Assembly: GCF_009914755.1 (NCBI RefSeq)
Contig: NC_060936.1
Length of the DNA: 64,000 bases
Reading direction: 5' to 3' (one strand)
From: the human T2T-CHM13v2.0 reference genome, Homo sapiens
Below the pieces are notes generated by a model that saw only the letters and a program-made list of their open reading frames with translations, ran no database searches and was not told the DNA's origin. Positions 57,904 to 64,000 of this stretch are shown piece after piece. Positions within the stretch are counted from its first letter, which is position 1. Each line of letters opens with the position of its first letter. The translations under genes and the position numbers were made by a program.

Positions 57904-58964
57904 CTATTGCAAATAAAACAAGAAAGTAAATCTCCTTCAAAGGAACAGCTAATAGCTCCAGGCTACCAAAAACAATGTGTTCTATGGGAGCTAGCGATTA
58001 CCCTATATACCAAGGTTTTAAATTTAAGGTCTTTAGATGAGCTTCGGAGGTTCCCTGAACCCCTACAATGATTTGCAAAATTTATATGTAGACTTATGAA
58101 GGGCATTTTTTCCCTAAGATACCGGGAAGGAGATTCCCTGTATCATCAGAGTTCAATATCAAAAATTTTTTTTAAATCTAGGTATCTATGGATAAAAGGA
58201 TATGATGTCTAGATTTTGTTTCAAAACATTTCAGTTGGAGGACAAAGAGTGGGTGAAGTAGGTGCAGTTATGGATTAAACAAGATTGGCCATTAGTTGAT
58301 ACTTATTAAAGCTAGTGATGAGTGCTTGGAAATTTATTATATTATTCTGTCAAGAAAGAAGTGGAAGGAAGGAAGAAGAAAAGGAGGGAGTGAGGAAACC
58401 TTTTGCTACAGACTACGCTGAAAGAACCAGACAGACCATAGTATACATCTGCTATTCTCATAGTCCTAGCTTTATAGGAACAACTGCCCAGTGGATTGCC
58501 TGGTCAGTGTTTGAAAGCCTGGCAAATTTGTGGGTGCAGAGGCATGTTCTTCTCACTCTCACCCCCGCTCTCTATCCTCAGCATCACCCAGAGAGAGGGA
58601 CCAGAATCCCTGAGGCCATCTTGGTTCATCTGCACCGTCTCTCCTACACCTCTTCACCCCTCCCCTCTCCACTTCACTCCAGGCTGCATTGGGGCGGGGA
58701 GGTGATCATCCAAGGCCCTGGCTCTCCATCGAGACCCCAGCCAGGTAGAGCCCCTATTGCCTGAGCAAGCTTGCGCAGGATGGGGCTGGAGCTGCACTAT
58801 TTGGATCTTCTTGGAGTAGAAAATTCACAAATTCCAACCTCTGCTCCCAAAGCAAACCTCCCCAGCCCAGGTGGCTGCATCCTTCTCCTCCCCTCCCCCC
58901 AGTTCCCTGGGTCGCCAAGCCGGAGGCTTTGAAAACCAGCTTGTGTTTGGTTTGTGAAAGCACC

Positions 58965-59139
58965 AATGTTTGCAATGTTTGCCCAGCAGAGAAGGAGCAT
59001 ATTTTCTCCCTTCCAAATGCAAACTCAAAAGATGCTCCACCAGTTTTTCTTCAGACTTTCCACAGGAAACATAAATAAGAAAGAAAAATGACTTTAGGTG
59101 CTGAGACCTGAAATGGAATTTCAACCCTGAAGGAACTGC
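58965..59139 (-). pseudogene. GREB1-like remnant exon
   Basis: ttacag|...YVSCGKSEEKLVEHLLSLHLEGRK vs VIECAYSLAEGLSEMFRLLVEGKL; 3' end approximate. Confidence 0.6.
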
Positions 59140-59387
59140 CTGTAACAAGCACTCTCTGTCCTTCAGTGAAGGCTTCGAGAGCCTAGGTGCATGTTTCTTT
59201 CCTCTGAGTAGCCTTCACAGATGAGGCAAGGGGAGGAGCTGAACCAGTTCTTAGACCTGACTCCCAGCTAGATCTTCAGCCCCACACAATGAATGGCCGG
59301 TGACTGGCACAGCAGCTGAGATTCCCTGGCTACAGTGTTCTTTTTTATCTTTCTTGATTGTGTTAGGGTAGAACAAATGAGGGTGCT

Positions 59388-59800
59388 GCAACCCGAGAGG
59401 CCCAGCCACACTGCAAGCCAGCACAATCAGAGTGTGAAGTGTGGACACGCCCCCCTGGAACACAAGGCCACAGTTTGCCACCTGCTCTGCCCTTGTCTCC
59501 GTCTCGGAAGAAGGACATCCCTGATCTGTGGCCTCTGTCCTCACGGATCTTATAATTATCAGACAAACACAACCACAGAGAGGCTGGAAGGCAGTGCTTC
59601 AGCATCACACATATATGCATCGGTGACCAGAGTTCTGATTAATCTTAATGCACAGATAATTGGAGCATTTCTTGCTCACAGCTTATAGCCACCAAATGAC
59701 TGCTTCCAGGTTAGGAGTTTGCAGAATATGTACACACACGGAGCCCTACAAAAGGCTCCAGACCCAAGAAATACAGGGTTGAAGTCAGTGTGGACAGTTC
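59388..59800 (-). pseudogene. GREB1-like remnant, frameshifted large exon
   Basis: ELSTLTSTLYFLGL, HILQTPNLEAVIWWL, FTL*LCWLAVWLGLSGC vs EMQLLLTVYYLVQL, VPLMEDLEQIFLRSW, VTSAQLPWLASLAASSC. Confidence 0.65.
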
Positions 59801-59899
59801 TAATGCAGCTAATACATTCTAACTGATTTGTTGTGAGCTAAGGGTTCAGTGTTTACACTTCAAGGTCACTGTTTCTGTCTCCTGACATCTGAGAACCTT

Positions 59900-60206
<307 letters not shown>

Positions 60207-60764
60207 TAAGGTGTTTTCCTTTCCCATAGCATTCTATCTTTGGATAGGCCCAACGAGGCCATTGAGCATCTACCCTTTTTACAAAACATATTATCAATCT
60301 TATAGCCCATATGTTTAGTGATAAGTCAACTAAACAAAGCAAGGGACCCCACTGGAAGGTGCTTGTGGGAAGTGTACCCTTCCATCTAGGACTTCACTTT
60401 GATGTACCAAATTCTGAGAAAGACCCCAGAAGCCATTTCCTTCTTGCTGAGGTTTATTTATCTTGTTTATCTGAAGCCAGGGCCAATAACCCAAATGGCT
60501 TTCAAATGGCTACAAAAGTTTCTCAGCATTCGATTAATCAGTCCCATCACAGACAAGTCAACTAACCTGCAGACCCACGTGCTGTACTCATAGTCGTTGC
60601 TGGTTCTGGCAGGGGTGATCTGGGAGGAGGTATTTCCCGGAGGTGTTTCCGAAGGGAGAGGCACTAGCTGAAGTTGGCTCTGAGATTCGAAGCGGAGGAG
60701 GAAAGGGAAGGTGGAGTGCTGATGCTGACAAGGTGAGGAAGAGGAGGAGTAGAGGTTACCAGCG

Positions 60765-60980
60765 CTCAGAGCATGGGTTTTGGAGGCACACAGATCTGTG
60801 CCCAAAGGGCTATCAATGCTCTTCCACTTCATTGCTGAGCAACCTGATGTGTTCATACGTTCCCTGATGTGTAAAAGTGGCACAATACTTGCGTCTACCT
60901 TATAAAGTGCCTGCAAGCACTAAGACAAAATGTAGACAGAGCTTAATGCAGTGCCGGACTCAGTCAACAAATAGCAAATG
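60765..60980 (+). mobile_element. MIR fragment
   Basis: agagcatgggttttggaggcacacagatctg...gatgtgtaaaagtgg...cagtcaacaaat. Confidence 0.6.
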
Positions 60981-62259
60981 GAAGTCGTTCTCATTAAACA
61001 GCGAAAAGGAAGTAAAAAGGAAGACAGAGGAAGACAAAGGGGAGATGGGGAGGGGATGCCGTGGGAGGCTGTGGGTGGGGTGCAGAGGCTGACACTGCAG
61101 ACAGCAGCCCCTCACCCAGCTCCATCTCTGGGCGCCTGGGACAACACAGCTCTCGGTCCAGACAGGCTGCTCAGATGTTTATTAAGAAACCACCCATAAA
61201 AGTTATTGGAAACTTTACATTTGCAGCATGGTCTCTGCACACTGCCGAGCTGCCACGGCTCTCAACAAGGCCTCATTCACGGCCCTAGGCAGCTCACTTG
61301 CCTGCCCCCAGCCCCTGGGTCTCAAGCCCACCAGGGTGCCTCCCAGCCCCCGCCCCCAGCCCAAGCCTGGCCTCCTTCCCTCCCTTGGGTCTGAGTGATT
61401 TTCTGATTTGCCTTTTCCAAATGTGAAATCTTTGAATGAGGTCACTTCAACTGGAGAGCAAGGGATAGGCCACAAGACAATGTTTCCTAAGTGCAAAGGT
61501 CCCTGGGTGATTTTAGGTAGAACTTGGATGAAAGTTTTGCATTCTAATAGTGTTATATATAGTATCTATATTTTAATGTACATGTGTATGTATTTTGGCA
61601 GGGACCAAACCTGTAAAACAGATTTATTTTAATAAGTATTGGAGGAAAAGGTAGAATATCAATCCCATGTTACAGAGTTTTCATTTCAAGTAAACTTGAG
61701 TAAAGTAAAAGAGAATGAGAAAGTTGACTTAAGGAAACCATAAAAACAATCATAGTCTAGGTGACCCTCAGATCTAGCAAATCGATCTGGGAACACTGCA
61801 TGTGATCTCAGCCCTCACCTAGAGCTGTCTGGACACAGCAGTCTGATGGACACAATTTTGTTCTACACAGGGAGGTCCTGCCCCGGGCTGGTCAGAGAGG
61901 GGGCCTGCTCCTTATCCAGAGAGTTCTAGTGACTTGTCCCGGCTCCCTGGGTCATGGTTCTGCCTGTCCCCTCCAGTCTGCACTTGGCCAGACTTTTCTA
62001 CTGAGACACTGTCTACAGGCACAGGGCAGCTCCTCAGATCAGCACCCAAGGCCCTTCTCATCCAGCTTTCCTGTCTCTGTCCCTGGTTGGCTTCTCCACC
62101 AGGCCCAGTGTACTCAGGGCCAGGACGGCGTGGCTCCTCTCTTTGGTTTCCCCTCTGCTTAGACTGCTCTGCTGACATGATTTGCCCACTGGCCTGACTT
62201 GTTCCTGCTCCCCCACCTTCTCCCAGGCTCCCAAACCTCCCCCTCCCTGCAAGTGGGGC

Positions 62260-62440
62260 AGATAGTACAGCATCATGCTCGAGTTCAGGCTCGAGTTCTA
62301 ATCTTATAACTACTGCTTGCCAGCTCTGTGTGCTTGAGCCAATTGCTTAACCTCTCTGTTACTCAGTTGCCTCATCTGTTATGGGGGGCAATGGCAGCAA
62401 CATCTTCCTCCTCCCAGGTTTGTTGGGAGAACTGAATGAA
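62260..62440 (+). mobile_element. MIR fragment
   Basis: gagccaattgcttaacctctctgttactcagttgcctcatctgttatgggg. Confidence 0.75.
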
Positions 62441-63015
62441 CAGACAGTACCAGATTCACAGTAACAGCAAGTACACTGCATGGCTGTGCCTTCATTGGAG
62501 TTTAGTTCTTGCCAAGAGCAGCCTTTCAGCACTCATTTTCCAGGGAGTAGGTGCTTGATCTGTTGGCTGATTATGGATGTACCATGAGGTGTTTTCTACA
62601 TACAATCTCTTGATCCCTGAGCCTGAGAGCTGAGTTTCTTTCCTGGATCTAACAGCCCTGTGGAAAGTTGGAGAGCACTTATTCCTGGGCTATCGCACAG
62701 CCGTCTCTTCTCTGGAAGGTCTGGTCTCCAGGGCTCTTCGTGGAGCTCATCTTCCTCTGTCAAGTTTGGCCTAGGAGACGGAATCCTCCAGGAGCAGGCC
62801 TGGCTGGGGATGCACATAGACCTTCCCCGGCACAGAAAGGACAGTGCCTGGGGACACTCAAGGCCATCTTCTCTGAAGCCCACCCACGTGGACAGACTAG
62901 AGAGAAGCCACTAGCACACACCCAGTGTCTCCTTGTGCCAGACACTAAGTTAGGTGCACCCTACAAGGTCCAGGCCCTGGTCCTTCAGCCGTTGCTCAGG
63001 TGGCTACAATGACAG

Positions 63016-63078
63016 CTCCAGAGCCTGGGGATTGGGGCGAGTTCTCCAGAGCCTGGGGGTTGGGGTGAGTTCTCCAGC
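63016..63078. repeat. 28-bp tandem repeat, about 2.3 copies
   Basis: ctccagagcctgggg(a/g)ttgggg(c/t)gagtt starting at 63016 and 63044, partial copy at 63072. Confidence 0.8.
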
Positions 63079-63954
63079 CGTCAGCCTGTGGCCACCCTGG
63101 AGCATGCTCAGAGGGAGCGGGCTCCAGCCTCCTGCCTTCCCTCGCCCCAGGCCTCAGCCTTTTCTGAAAGAAATGTTGTGTTCCCTCGGCCCTCCCCCCT
63201 TGCCACATCCCCTTCCTCCCACAGAGCCCGGGTCCCCCAGGCTACAGTCCAGCAGTCCCTCTGTGAGCAGACTTCCAGTGACACATGGCTTTGTTAGAAA
63301 CCTCATTAGCAGAGACAGAAAGGCGAGAGGCAGCTCAGAGAGGCATTCCAGGTGTCAGTTAAGAGGGGCCGCAGGAGGAAAAGGCCATTAAACCACAACT
63401 AAGGTCAGCCCCTGGTAGAATGAAAAAACAATAAACTGAGACCTTGGAGAGTGGTGGGAAGGTAACTGGGGAATTGAGGGAGGGTACCCCTGCCTCAGGC
63501 TGGGGAGGGAAGGCCTTGGGTCCTGGAAGGGACACCAGCTTGTCTTGCCTGATGCTGGGAGTCTCAGAGGCTGTTCTGTGTAAACTCCTGGAGGCAGGGA
63601 CTGGGCCCCAGGAGACTCTGAACCCCGCGCCCAGCGCACGCTCAGCACACCACAGGCACTGGGCACGCGCCTGATGAATGAGTGGAGATTGAGCCTGGCG
63701 CACAGGAGGAGGCTGGAGTGCTTGCCATGCATTAGGCACTGGGCTCGGCACTGCCTGTCTGCAAACTCTTCGTACCCCAAGACGTGAGTATTATTAGCTC
63801 CCTTTTAAAGACAAGCAAATGTAGACACTAGAATATGTTATTTTGGGGCTCCCCAGACTCTGGGAATTCACTAGAACTCTACCTATTGATACTTGGAACT
63901 TCTGAAACAGACACATTCCTTCATTCCAGAATTAGTCATAAAAAGGCTGAATGA

Positions 63955-64000
63955 GGCCGGGCGTGGTGGCTCACGCCTGTAATCCCAGCACTTTGGGAAG
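63955..64000 (+). mobile_element. Alu 5' end, truncated by the window edge
   Basis: ggccgggcgtggtggctcacgcctgtaatcccagcactttggga. Confidence 0.95.

Noticed and set aside
59335-59688. + strand 117-aa ORF after an acceptor-like tract
   Set aside because: No recognisable homology; it overlaps the better supported - strand GREB1-like remnant.

Overview
Human-type genomic DNA from the TMEM106C-COL2A1 locus (recalled as 12q13.11). Bases 25-4017 (+) hold the seven coding exons of TMEM106C (753 nt, 250 aa). Bases 9131-40053 (-) hold the complete COL2A1 coding sequence: 54 exons, all GT-AG, 4464 nt, 1487 aa, Gly-X-Y intact. The window also contains the COL2A1 TATA/GC-box promoter, CpG islands, the intron-1 SOX9 enhancer, the exon-2 splice stem-loop and the 3' AT-rich VNTR. 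The haplotype looks non-reference: COL2A1 Ser1405, TMEM106C Phe175 and a short VNTR. Main unexpected result: the apparently intergenic ~18 kb upstream of COL2A1 (42373-~60500, - strand) contains about ten decayed exon-like segments. Their translations align in order with the central region of GREB1/GREB1L as I recall that sequence. Five consecutive exons have mutually compatible splice phases. This suggests a dead, intron-containing third GREB1-family gene, with FLAM/Alu insertions inside former coding sequence. The homology was judged by eye against remembered sequence and needs tblastn/HMM confirmation.
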